64,000 nucleotides of DNA from Chiloscyllium plagiosum (taxonomy: Eukaryota). The notes under the pieces were generated by a model, which did not search any database, had not been told where the DNA came from, and saw only the letters and a list, made by a program, of their open reading frames with translations. The stretch's first letter is position 1. Every line of letters begins with the position of its first letter. This document shows, in pieces, positions 1 through 10,620 of the stretch. Location of the stretch: positions 25,688,427-25,752,426 of the forward strand of contig NC_057720.1 in the NCBI RefSeq assembly GCF_004010195.1, in the 5' to 3' direction. The position numbers and the translations under genes are program-made.

Positions 1-276
1 ATTTCTCAGCTCTATCCACACTGACTCTACATCTCCTGGCTCTAGGTCCCCCCGTGCAAGGGACTGAATATCGTCCCTTACCAACAAGGCCACCCCACCC
101 CCTCTGCCCGTCAGTCTGTCCTTACGATAGCACGTGTATCCTTGAATATTAATTTCCCAGGCCCTGTCCACTTGAAGCCACGTCTCAGTTATCCCCACAA
201 TATTGTATCTGCCAATTTCCAAAAGAGCCTCAAGCTCATCCATCTTATGTCTAATGCTTCGTGCATTCATGTATAG
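1..276 (-). mobile_element. CR1 LINE ORF2 N-terminus (APE endonuclease), runs off the window start
   Basis: Minus strand reads LYMNARSIRHKMDELEALLEIGRYNIVGITETWL...GYTCYRKDR...GRGGGVALLV...ESVWIELRN, typical CR1 endonuclease motifs. Confidence 0.9.
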
Positions 277-1120
277 ACTTGGATAAACTGCAGAATTGGG
301 CTGAGAGTTGGCAAATGGAGTTCAATGCAACTAAATATGAGGTGATGCACTTTGGGAAGAATAGCAGGAAGGTAGAGTACTGGGTCGATGGAAAGATTCT
401 TGGTAGTGTGGATGTGTAGAGGGATCTTGAAGTTCATGTACATAGATCCCTGAAAGTTGCCACCCAGGTGGATAGTGCAGTTAAGCAGGCATACGGTGTG
501 TTAGGTTTGTAGTGGGATTGAGTTCCAGAGCCGCAATATCATACTGCAACTATACAAAACACTGGTGCGGCCACACTTGGAATATTGTGTACAGTTCTGG
601 TCCTCATATTTTGGGAAGGATGTGGAAGCATTCGAAAAGGTGCAGAGGAGATTTACCAGGATATTGTCTGGTCTGGAGGGAAGGTCTTATGAGGAAAGCC
701 TGAGAGACTTAAACCTATTCTCATTGACAAGAAGAAGGCTTAGAGGGGATTTGATAGAGACATACAAGATGATCAGAGGATTAGATAGGGTAGACAGTGA
801 AAGTCTTTTTCCTAGGATGATTACATCAGCGTGTACGAGGAGGCATAACTACAAATTGAGGAGTGATAGATTTAAGACAGATGTCAAAGGCAGGTTCTTT
901 ACGCAGAGAGTGGTAAGGGCGTGGAATGCCCTACTTGCTAATGTAGTCAACTCAACCACATTAAGGAGATTTAAACAATCCTTAGATAAGCACATGGATG
1001 ATTTTGGGATAATGTAGGGGGACGAACTGAGAATAGTTCACAGGTCGGCGCAACATCGAGGGCTGAAGGGCCTGTTTTGTGCTGTATTGTTCTCTGTTCT
1101 ACGTTTTATGTTCTATATGT
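276..1120 (+). mobile_element. CR1 LINE 3' part (ORF2 C-terminus, 3' UTR, TTCTATG-like tail)
   Basis: ORF 565-1017 RPHLEYCVQFWS...VQRRFTR...RRLRGDLIETYK...FFTQRVV..WNAL; degenerate (TTCTATG)n tail at ~1085-1120. Confidence 0.92.
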
Positions 1121-1122
1121 TC

Positions 1123-1428
1123 GACAGTCAGAATCTTTTTCGCAGAGTTAAATGTCTAAAACTAGAGGGTGTGCATTTAAGGTAAGGAGAGGGGAAAGTT
1201 TTTTACACAGAGAGTGGCAGGAGTCTGGGATATGCTGCCAGGGATGGTGGTGGAGACAGATATGATAGGGGCATTTAAAGGAATTTTAGATAAACACATG
1301 AATATGTGAGAAATGGAGGGATATGGACCAAGGGCAGGCAGAAGGGATTAGTTTAATTTGGTGTTCGGCACAACATCACGGGCCAAAGGGCACATTCCTG
1401 CGCTGTACTGTTCTGTGTCCTATGTTTT
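1123..1428 (+). mobile_element. Internally deleted CR1 3' end (resembles 52880-53205)
   Basis: agtcagaatctttt...ttttacacagagagtgg...gggccaaagggc...ctgtactgttct matches CR1 3' ends elsewhere in the window. Confidence 0.75.
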
Positions 1429-1781
1429 ATTTTAATTAAACAGAATGAGATTATTACTGTTTTCTTAATAGCTCGTTATAGTATAACTGAGATACATTAT
1501 GGTTTCCTTTGAGACTTCAGACTCAATTTCAGTGTAAATTGGCATTATTTTTACTGAAATATTCTGGTATGCACAGAAATCCACACTAGAAACTGGTAGT
1601 CAGCTCTTAGAAACCCCCCCCCATTCCCTTCCATCAACAGTTCTTTATATCTTGATGGGAGGAGCTTATTATGTGGTGACAATTAACCCTTCTTCCTTAT
1701 GAAACGAAAAGCTATCTTTTGGAATGTCCTTTCTATTGAGCCTGTGTTCTCAGTGACTTTGTGTTTATGATTAACTGGAGC

Positions 1782-1908
1782 CCTGAAGAAGGGCTCATGC
1801 CCAAAACATCGAAGCTCCTGCTCCTCGGATGCTGCCTGACGTGCTGCGCTTTTCCAGCAACACATTTTCAGCTCTGATCTCCAGCATCTGCAGTCCTCAC
1901 TTTTTCCT
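1782..1908 (+). mobile_element. PLE terminal-repeat-derived short element, family 1 (hammerhead-bearing)
   Basis: cctgaagaagggctcatgcccaaaacatcga...gatgctgcctgac...ccagcatctgcagtcctcacttt; same as the tail of the PLE at 8461-8591; flanked by CTGGAGC at 1775-1781 and 1907-1913. Confidence 0.85.
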
Positions 1909-2185
1909 GGAGCTGGACAAGCATGACCATGGCATTGGAAGGACAGACAGTAACATGCAATTGACCACACTGTATTGCAACAGCTGTTAGTGGCTGCTAA
2001 GGAGGGCAGCAGTAATGGGGGTATTTAGAGTTGCAATGAGAAAGTAAAGTAGTGCTATATTCCCTTAGATGGGTCAAATGCTGGAAAATAGGACTAGATT
2101 AATTTAGAATATTTGGTCAGTATGGATGAGTTGGGCCAAAGGGTCTGTTTCTATGACTCTAATTAATGGAATCATATGGGTTATG

Positions 2186-2403
2186 AGGAAGTTAGGACTG
2201 CTGTTGCTGGAGATCAGTGTTGAAAAGTGTGGCGCTGGAAAAGCACAGCAGGTCAGGCAGCATCCGAGGAGCAGGAGAGTCAATGTTTCGGGCATTAGTC
2301 CATCACATTCCTGATGAAGGGCTTGTGCTTGAAACATCGACTCTCCAGCTCCTTGGATGCTGCCTGACCTGCTGTGCTTTTCCAGTGCCACAGTTTTCTA
2401 CTG
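2186..2403. mobile_element. Family-1 PLE repeat as an inverted pair
   Basis: Minus copy ~2186-2296 followed by plus copy ~2307-2403 (ttcctgatgaagggcttgtgcttgaaacatcga). Confidence 0.8.
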
Positions 2404-3289
2404 AAATATGGGTATGGGATGGGGTGGGAGTTTTCTAGGATACTGCTGAGGAGAGAGGTTGCTGGTGTTAGTGGGAATGCGAGTAAATGACACATAGCAA
2501 GGCCTTGCTTGCTGTCTGGGTCAGGCTGTTGAAGCTCTTCCAGTACTTAACCCATGCCCCACAGTTACAATGCTGCAGACATTGCCATCCTACCTGGCTG
2601 AGTAATTACTGGAGAAAAGAGAGAGCGTACACATCTAAGGCAGACAACTTTTGCCTGGCACAACGCCAGCCTTGTCCTCAGTGGCACGTCCTGCTCTTCC
2701 TCTTCCTGACGGTACCCTATGACATCCTCCATCATCGGTGAAGAGAGAAGAGGGAATCCTAGATAGCAGCAGCCTTTCTTCATCCAGCTGCCAGCACTCC
2801 CAAATCAGATCATTTCTTGGTTATTTCCCATAAGCTTGTCCTGAGGAAAACAGAGTGAAACAGTTAATGAGAGGCTGTTGGAAAAACTTGTCGACCTGTG
2901 GGTCAGCTTCATGTCAAATACTTGCTGACAGGGAGAAGCACCAAGTGGCGAGCATGCTGGGAGGTTGTCATGTGCCAGAGGGTGGAGCTATTGTGAAACG
3001 AGAAAGCAGTTTTTAGAGGATCAAATTGATCAGCAGCTGTCACAAGGTAAAAGCTGAAAGTTGTTGGTACCTGTTGTGAGGGGCAGCAGCCATCGGTGAG
3101 TGTGTGATTGGAATGAGAAAGAGAATTGATTTGTGACTGAAGCCTCATCATCAATGGAAGTACATCTTGTGAGGGGCATACAGATGCATACATTTGGTGG
3201 GGAGAGATGCAGTAATGCTGTGACCAGGCATGCTGTTTGGCTTAAGTCATTGAAATTCTTTGAGCACTGAGTTTACCTTCTAGAGAGGA

Positions 3290-3560
3290 AAGCTGCAGAA
3301 AAACTATAGCATGCAGCAACAAAGTTTCAGCATTTTTAATACTTCACTTCAAAATCCTTTGAACTTATCGAGGTAGATAATTGGTTGTTTAACCTATCAA
3401 TATGTGGCTTATTTGGCTGGTAGTAGAGACATGTGATTCATTGTATTTCCTTCCACCAGTTGTTCCCTGACTTTCAGTGCTGAGGTTAGCAATCAGAGAC
3501 AGGAAAGGTGTCCCTGATCTGCAAGCATCTGGATTTATGGAAGAATTACCTTGAAACAAT
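3290..3560 (-). pseudogene. Very decayed PIF/Harbinger transposase C-terminal fragment
   Basis: Minus translation NLSTES...RKYNESHVSTT...IG resembles the Harbinger YNxxHxxTRxxIExxIG region; frameshifted afterwards. Confidence 0.4.
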
Positions 3561-3589
3561 GGTGAGGCAGTACACTGGTGTACCATCCT

Positions 3590-4112
3590 TTAGACTACTT
3601 CCAAATACCCTTGCCAACTTTTATACATGTGCCATCGAGAGCATTCTGTATGGTTGTATCACTACCTGGTATGGCAACCATAACATTCAAGATCAGAAAT
3701 GGTTGCAAAGAGTGGTGAACTCGGCCCGGACAATCACAAAGGTCAACCTTCCATCCATGGAATCCATCTACCAGGCCGCTGTCAAGGAAAGGCCGTCAGC
3801 ATTCTCAAAGATCCATCCCACCGTGGCAATGTTTTTCTACAACCTCTACCATCAGGGAGAAGGTACAGTAGCCTGAACACATGCATCAGCCAGTTTTGAA
3901 ACAGTTTCTACCCTCCTGCTGTTAGAATACTGAATGGACTCAAACTCTTAACATTCGCAGGTACCTGTGTTTCAGTTTTTGCCGCTGTTTACCAATTATT
4001 TACTTATCTATGCTACTTAACTCTGTGATCTGCCTGTATTGCTTGAAAGACTAAGCTTTTCACTGTGCCTCAGTACACGTGACAATAAATTCATTTCAAT
4101 TCAATTCAAATC
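3590..4112 (+). mobile_element. Rex1/Babar-type LINE 3' end
   Basis: TLANFYTCAIESILYGCITTWYGN...LQRVV; ILKDPSH...LPSGRRY; AATAAA followed by a (TTCAA)n tail at ~4090-4112. Confidence 0.8.
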
Positions 4113-4580
4113 AATTTTCTCCATCATGTCATTTTGATGGTCACATATGACCTACACATTAATAGAACACCATCACTAGTTGTGCATCAGTGCCATGGTA
4201 TTAATACAAGGTCCAGATATCACTTAGGTTCCACCTTGCACCTTGAGGTATCTAAACACTCTGAGAAAGTGAAGTGCTGTCTCCTACAGTTATTCCTGAT
4301 TCTTTGGAAAAGTGACACTATTGGCATGTCAAACAATGATATGGCTACCAAATTGACACAATTTTAAAATTTATTCTTTCATGGGATGTGGGTGCTGCTG
4401 GCAAGGCCAGAATTTGTTGTCCGTCTCTAAATACCTTTGAATCACAAGTCCATTTCAGAGTCGTGTGGTATTTAGGAGTTAATTACATTGCCATAACTTT
4501 GGAGTCATATGTTAGCAAGATCGGGTAAGGATAACAGATGTACTTCTCTAATGGACATTCATTAACCAGGTTTTATTACA

Positions 4581-5125
4581 GTCATAGAGTCAGAGAGATG
4601 TACAGTATGGAAACAGACCCTTCGGTCCAACCCGTCCGTGCTGACCAGATATCCCAACCCTATCTGGTCCCACCTGCCAACACACGGCCCATATCCCTCC
4701 AAACCCTTCCTAGTCATATACCCATTCAAATGCCTTTTAAATGTTGAAATTGTACCAGCCTCCACCACTTCCTCTGGCAGCTCATTCCATACATGTGTCA
4801 CCCTCTGCGTGACAAAGTTGCCCCTTAGGTCTCTTTTATATCTTTCCCCTCTCACCCTAAACCTATGCCCTCTAGTTCTGGACTCCCCAACCCCAGGGAA
4901 AAGACTTTGCCTATTTACCCTATCCTTGCCCCTGGTAATTTTGTAAACCTCTACAAGGTCACCCCTCAGCCTCTGATGCTCCAGGGAAAACAGCCCCAGC
5001 CTGTTCAGCCTCTCCTGTGGCTCAAATCCTCCAACCCTGGCAACATCCTTGTCAATCTTTTCTGAACCATTTTAAGTTTCACAACATCTTTCCAATAGGA
5101 AGGAGACCAGAATTGCACACGATTC
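4581..5125 (-). mobile_element. CR1 (HER1-like) LINE 3' end
   Basis: ORF 4562-4855 RGERYKRDLRGNF..QRV..VWNELPEEVVEAGT; (CTATGACT)-type tail. Confidence 0.9.
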
Positions 5126-5249
5126 CACCACCTGCAATAATGGGATTTGAACTCATGTCTAAAGAGTATCAGCTTGGGATACTGGATTACTAAGTTAATG
5201 ACATCATTCCATTGTGTACCATCCTGACTTTTGCAGCTCTCAATAAAAC

Positions 5250-5650
5250 TGGAAAGAACCGTGGATACTGTAAATCAGAAACAAAGACAGAAGTTACTGG
5301 AAAAGCTCAGCAGGTCTGGCAGCATTTATGGAGAGAAATTAGAGTTAACATTTCAGGCTGAGCGACAATTCTGAAGAAAGGTCATTCAACCCAAAATGAT
5401 AGATGAAGTGGTGGAGGCTGGTACAGGTACAACATTTAAAAGGCATCTGGATAGGTACATGAATAAGGGTTTAGAGGGATATGGGCCAAGTGCTGACAAA
5501 TGGGAGTAGATTGGTTTAGGATATCTGGTCAGCATGGACGAGTTGGACCAAAAGATCTGTTTCCTTGCTATACATCTCTATGACTATGACTATGACTCTG
5601 ACTCTAAACAGATGCTGCCAGACCTGCTGAGCTTTTTCAGTAGGTTTTGT
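5250..5650. mobile_element. Composite: family-1-related PLE repeat pieces flanking a CR1 3' tail
   Basis: ctggaaaagctcagcaggtctggcagcat (~5300, minus) and its inverse at ~5610-5640; CR1 tail 5405-5600 ending in ctatgactatgact. Confidence 0.65.
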
Positions 5651-5754
5651 TTTTTTCTCAATGAAAATGTCTCAGTTATGAGGGTTAAAGTATGGAAATC
5701 TCACAAAAGATGCCACTGAGTACTAAACTTCACCATCTCATGCTAATTTCATAT

Positions 5755-5990
5755 TGAAGTGATTGTAACAAGGTCAGTCAGGTGATCGTCATAGAATATG
5801 AGTTCCCTGATTGGGGCTGTTAATCTAATACAATTAGGGAGCCCTGGCTGACAGATATAAACAGGAGTGTCAGAATTTCTGTTCACTCTGAGAGCTGGCT
5901 CTGAGGAAGGCACACCATTGTGAAATGCTATGCACATGTAAATGAAGAGTGACTTGGTGACAGAATATCAGCCTCTGTGGAGTTAATTCA
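5755..5990 (+). mobile_element. Solo LTR of the Gypsy family
   Basis: TG...CA termini; gagttccctgattggggctgttaat, cagatataaa TATA-like box and gtgacttggtga shared with LTRs at 12788, 13953, 29340 and 34791. Confidence 0.8.
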
Positions 5991-6047
5991 CATCCCCTGA
6001 ATTAAAGTCTGGGCTTAACTATTCGTGTAATTGGTTAGGACCGTGGG

Positions 6048-6408
6048 ACGCTGAGGGGGAACCTAATAGAGGTTTGTAGAATCATGGGAGGTGTAGATAA
6101 GATGAATGACTGATATATTATCACAAGAGTAGGGAATTTCAAGACTAAGGTGAGAGGAGAAAGATTTTAAAAAGGTATGAGGAGGAGGACTTTTTTGCAA
6201 AGAGTGGTTAGTGTGTGGAATGAACTTCCAGTGGATGGGGGTACAGTTACAAAGTTTAAAAGGGATTTGTATAAACCCATGAATAGGGAATGTTTCAAAG
6301 GATAAGAGCCAAGTGCTGGCAGGTGGGACTAGTTTAGTTTGGGATTATTGTCAGCATGGACTGGTTGGACCGAAGGATCTGTTTCCATACTGTATGACTC
6401 TTTGACTC
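6048..6408 (+). mobile_element. Diverged CR1 3' end
   Basis: ctgagggggaacctaatagaggtt...tggaatgaacttcca...ggaccgaaggatctgtttcc...tatgactc. Confidence 0.8.
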
Positions 6409-6715
6409 AACACACATGATTTTGCTCACACAAACCTGACAGGCCTATTTGTGGACCTTTGTAAATTTACCCAATAACAGATATGAGAATTGACCACATT
6501 TTCACAGTTCTGAATTTGAGGAATTTCTGAAATATGACCAAGTCACAGAGGTTCATATTGATTTTGGATCACAGTGATATATCAAACAACAAACTTTTGT
6601 GATCTCATCTCTGCTTGTTCATAACTAGACTTTGTCTACAGCATTACATCCATAGAATGGATCTAGCATAGAAGAAAGCCATTTGGCCCATCATGTCTGG
6701 GTTATCTCTTTTATG

Positions 6716-7090
6716 CGAAGATTTGTAGCTCGGTTGCTCGTTGTTGTGGTTCTGTTCGCCGAGCTGCAAGTTTTTGTTGCAAACGTTTCGTCCCGTGGCT
6801 AGGTGACATCATCAGTGCTTGGGAGCCTCCTGCGAAGCGCTTCTTTGATGTTTCCTCGACTGGGACAACACTACTATCATAGGGCAAGCCAGACAGAGAA
6901 CAGCCAGGGAATTCCTAGAGGCATGCATTCATCCACAAACTCCATCAACAAACACATCGACCTGGACCCAATATACCAACCACTACAGCGGACAGCTGAA
7001 ACTGACAACCGGAAGCGGCAGGGACAGACCACTATAAACACCGGAGGAAACATCAAAGAAGCGCTTCGCAGGAGGCTCCCAAGCACTGAT
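6716..7090. mobile_element. PLE fragment (Penelope/Poseidon type) with inverted terminal repeat, family 3
   Basis: Plus arm encodes a GIY-YIG C-terminus DWDNTTIIGQARQRTAREFLEA..SSTNSINKHIDLDPIYQPL; perfect 47-bp inverted repeat 6811-6857/7044-7090; 15-bp TSD TTATCTCTTTTATGC at 6701-6715 and 7090-7104. Confidence 0.85.
6779..6818 (-). ncRNA. Minimal type-I hammerhead ribozyme motif (family 3)
   Basis: GCA-CUGAUGA-U-GUC(ACCUAGCCACGG)GAC-GAAACGUU-UGC: intact core, stem I GCA/UGC, stem II GUC/GAC, ACGU palindrome. Confidence 0.7.
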
Positions 7091-7777
7091 TATCTCTTTT
7101 ATGCCTACTTCCATGTGCTTCTCCTATATTCTTGTAAAGGTTTCCCCTGTAAATATTACAGGCAATGTATCTCCACTCTTAAAATCAGTTGTTGTAGGTT
7201 TTATATTCCATTTTAATGTCTGCATTTTCTATTATAAATGTACATTGCTACAACTACAATACAAAACTGCTAATGTAAAATGGTCATGCTAGTCACACGC
7301 TCCCACGAGAAGGAGCATTGTAGTGCTCCCAATGAGGCTTCCTAACTCTAGTCTGCACTACAAAGACATTTCAACCAAATTTGTCTGCTTCCTAAATTGC
7401 TGTAAGCATTACTGTTCCACTATCAACAATTATGTAAAGTAAGCATTACAAAAAATAAGAATGCATGACATAACGCATTAACTGAATAAAGTCTTACACA
7501 ATTATTCTCCACCCACTAATCCTGCTTCGGAGTTGGTCTCAAGTTACCATGTGGAATATCACAAGACAGTGACCAGTAACAATTTACTAAAAATATTGCG
7601 GGAAGAATAATGGCATTCCTTTAAGAACAATGAGTCAATTTGGGAATGAAATAGAAATATTCTTCTTGATAATACAGAGTTGAATACTGGGAGTGGAAAT
7701 CAGAGATTTTCATCATAAAATCCCTACAGTGTGCAAACAGGCCATTTAACCCCTTGAGTCCACACTGAAAGTGGAGT

Positions 7778-8591
7778 CCAGGACAGAACCCCACTGGTCC
7801 TCACCTACCACCCCACCAACCTTCATATACAACGTATTATCAGCCGTCATTTCCGCCACCTCCAAACGGATCCCACCACCAGGGACATATTTCCCTCCCC
7901 TCCCCTATCAGCGTTCCGAAAAGACCACTCCCTCCGTGACTCCCTCGTCAGGTCCACACCCCCCACCAACTCGACCTCCACTCCGGGCACCTTCCCCCTG
8001 CAACCGCAGGAGGTGCAAGACTTGCGCCCACACCTCCCCCCTTACCTCCCTCCAAGGCCCCAAAGGAAACTTCCATATCCACCACAAATTCACCTGCACC
8101 TCCACACGCTTCATTTATTGCATCTGCTGCACCCGATATGGCCTCCTCTATATTGGGGAGACAGGCCGCCTACTTGCGGAGCGTTTCAGAGAACACCTCT
8201 GGGACACCCGGACCAACCAACCCAACCACCCTGTAGCCCAACATTTCAATCCCCCCTCCCACTCCACCAAGGATATGCAGGTCGTTGGACTCCTCCATCG
8301 CCAGACCACAACAAAACGACGGTTGGAGGAAGAACGCCTCATCTTCCGCCTAGGAACCCTCCAACCACAAGGGATGAACTCGGACCTATCGCATTTCCAA
8401 TGCCCCTCCCCCAAGTCCTTCCTCCCTACCTTTTATTTTAGCCTGCTGAATACACTTTCCGCATTCCTGAGGAAGGGCTTATGCCCGAAACGTCGATTCT
8501 CCTGTTCCTTGGATGCTGCCTGACCTGCTGCGCTTTTCCAGCAACATATTTTCAGCTCTGATCTCCAGCATCTGCAGTCCTCACTTTCTAC
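7778..8591 (+). mobile_element. PLE (Neptune type) 3' part: Cys-rich linker, GIY-YIG endonuclease and terminal repeat
   Basis: ORF 7771-8523: PCNRRRCKTC, FTCTSTRFIYCICC..YGLLYIGETGRLLAERFREH, HPVAQHFN, RRLEEERLIFRLGTLQPQGMN. Confidence 0.92.
8463..8498 (+). ncRNA. Minimal type-I hammerhead ribozyme motif (family 1)
   Basis: AUUC-CUGAGGA-A-GGGC-UUAU-GCCC-GAAACGUC-GAUU directly downstream of the PLE ORF core. Confidence 0.65.
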
Positions 8592-9245
8592 TAGTGAAGA
8601 AGGTGTTTGGTATGCTTTCCTTTATTGGTCAGAGTATTGAGTACAGGAGCTGGGAGGTCATATTGCGGCTTACAGGACATTGGTTAGGCCACTGTTGGAA
8701 TACTGTGTGAATTCTGATCTCCTTCCTATCGGAAAGATGTTTTGAAACTTGATAGAGTTCAGAAAAGATTTACAAGGATGTTGCCAGGGTTGGAGGATCT
8801 GAGCTACAGGGAGAGGCTGAACAGGCTGGGGCTGTTTTCCCTGGAGCGTCGGAGGCTGAGGGATGACCTTATAGAGGTTTACAAAATTATGAGGGGCATG
8901 GATAGGATAAATAGACAAAATCTTTTCCCTGGGGTCGGGGAGTCCAGAACCAGAGGGCATAGGTTTAGGGTGAGAGGGGAAAGATATAAAAGAGACCTAA
9001 GGGGCAACTTTTCCACGCAGAGAGGGTGGTACGTGGATGGAATGAGCTGCCAGAGGAAGTGATGGAGGCTGGTACAATTACAACATTTAAGAGGCATTTG
9101 GAGGTGTATATGAATAGGTAGGGTTTGGAGGGATATGGGCCAGGTGCTGGCAGGTGGGACTAGATTGCGTTGGGATATCTGGTCAGCATGGGCAGGTTGG
9201 ACCGAAGGGTCTGTTTCCATGCTGTACACCTCTATGACTGTATGA
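8592..9245 (+). mobile_element. CR1 (HER1-like) 3' part
   Basis: KKVFGMLSFIGQSIEYRSWEV; KLDRVQKRFTRMLPGLEDLSYRERLNRLGLFSLERRRLRDDL; ctatgact tail. Confidence 0.92.
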
Positions 9246-9249
9246 ATCT

Positions 9250-9523
9250 CTGAAGCGCATCCCACCCACATCTCTGAAACCCTGTGTTTCCCATGGCTAA
9301 TCCACCTAGCCTGTACATGCTGAACACAGTGCACAATTTAACGTGACCAATCCATCTCACCTGCACCTCTTTGGACTGTGGGAGGAAACTAGAGCCCAGA
9401 GGAAACCCACACAGACATGGGAGAATGTGTAAAGACACAAAGACAGTCACCCAAGGGTGGAATCAAACTTGCATCCTTAGTGATGTGAGACAGTAATGCT
9501 AACCACTGAGCCACCATGCTGCC
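9250..9523 (-). mobile_element. HE1/V-SINE-type tRNA-derived SINE
   Basis: Reverse complement of ggcagcatggtggctcagtggttagc...acattctccc...tttcctcccacagtccaaa. Confidence 0.85.
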
Positions 9524-9559
9524 CTTACCTAGATTCTACTGATACATTTCCAATTTTCT

Positions 9560-10620
9560 TTGCGGCGAGGAGGAATGATACCGAGAGACTAGACATTTTC
9601 AAATGTTATATTCAGTTTGTAAAAGGTTGGAAAGATAAACTCAATAGTAGAGCACAGTCGTGGGGTAATGTTTAGAAATGATAATCCAGGATAAATTAAC
9701 TTGAAGTTCTAAAGATATGAACTGATATAGTCAGAATAGATTTGTTAGTTGAAGCCCAGGGCAGAAAGCATACAAAATTGGCTCAGAGATAGGAAGTAGC
9801 TGGTATTAGGAACACTGCTCTTTTTAATACATGTATTAATATACTCAATGTAGTAACACAGAGCATGAGTTTTCAGATGAATGAGTTGAACAATGAGGGT
9901 GACAGTACCAGACCCCAGCAGGACATAGATAGATTGGTAGAATGAGTAGAGAGATGTCAGATAAAATTTAATGTAGAAGAGGGTAAGAATGACAAATTAT
10001 ACAGTTTTAATGAGCTGCAGGAGAGACATAGAGGGACCTAGGGGTGTATGTAAAACAATCTGTGAAGGTGGATAGACAATTTGAAAAGGTTGTGAAGAAA
10101 ACAATTGGGACTCTTGTCTTTATTAGGAGAGGAATAGAATACAAAGGAAGAGAAGCTAGATTGAACATTTATGACACTCATCTCAAGTATTTTATTCAAT
10201 TTCAGGCACTTGCTTTTAGAAAGGTTATCAAGGCCTTGGAGATGGTGAAGAAGAAACTTCCTCTAAAAAGAATGAAACCTTTCAATTATTGAGAATGTAG
10301 AGAAGCTACAGCTATTCTCTTAAGGGAAAGTTAACACATTTTATTGGCGCAAATAAAGAGAGACTGCTTCCAGGCAGAATATTCCGTAACTAGAGAAGAC
10401 AGAGGCCGCATACAGAATCTGTTTTTGGACCCAGTGAGTTGTGTGATCTCAAATACATTGCCCAAAACAATGGCAGAAGTAGATTAAATATTAATATTCA
10501 AAAAGAATTGATAAATATTGACAGTGCTATAGAGAAAGAGAAGGTGAGAGGGACTAAAAGATATTTGGAGCAAAAAGCAGGCACAAGGCACAATGTATGA
10601 ATACCCTTCTGTTTTAAACC
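9560..10620 (+). mobile_element. Highly decayed CR1 ORF2 remnant
   Basis: ORF 10044-10292 VKKTIGTLVFIRRGIEYKGRE..HLKYFIQF; scattered CR1 motifs with many indels. Confidence 0.6.

Noticed and set aside
5750..5995. TSD around the solo LTR
   Set aside because: Flanks CATAT and CATCC match only 3 of 5 bases; not claimed
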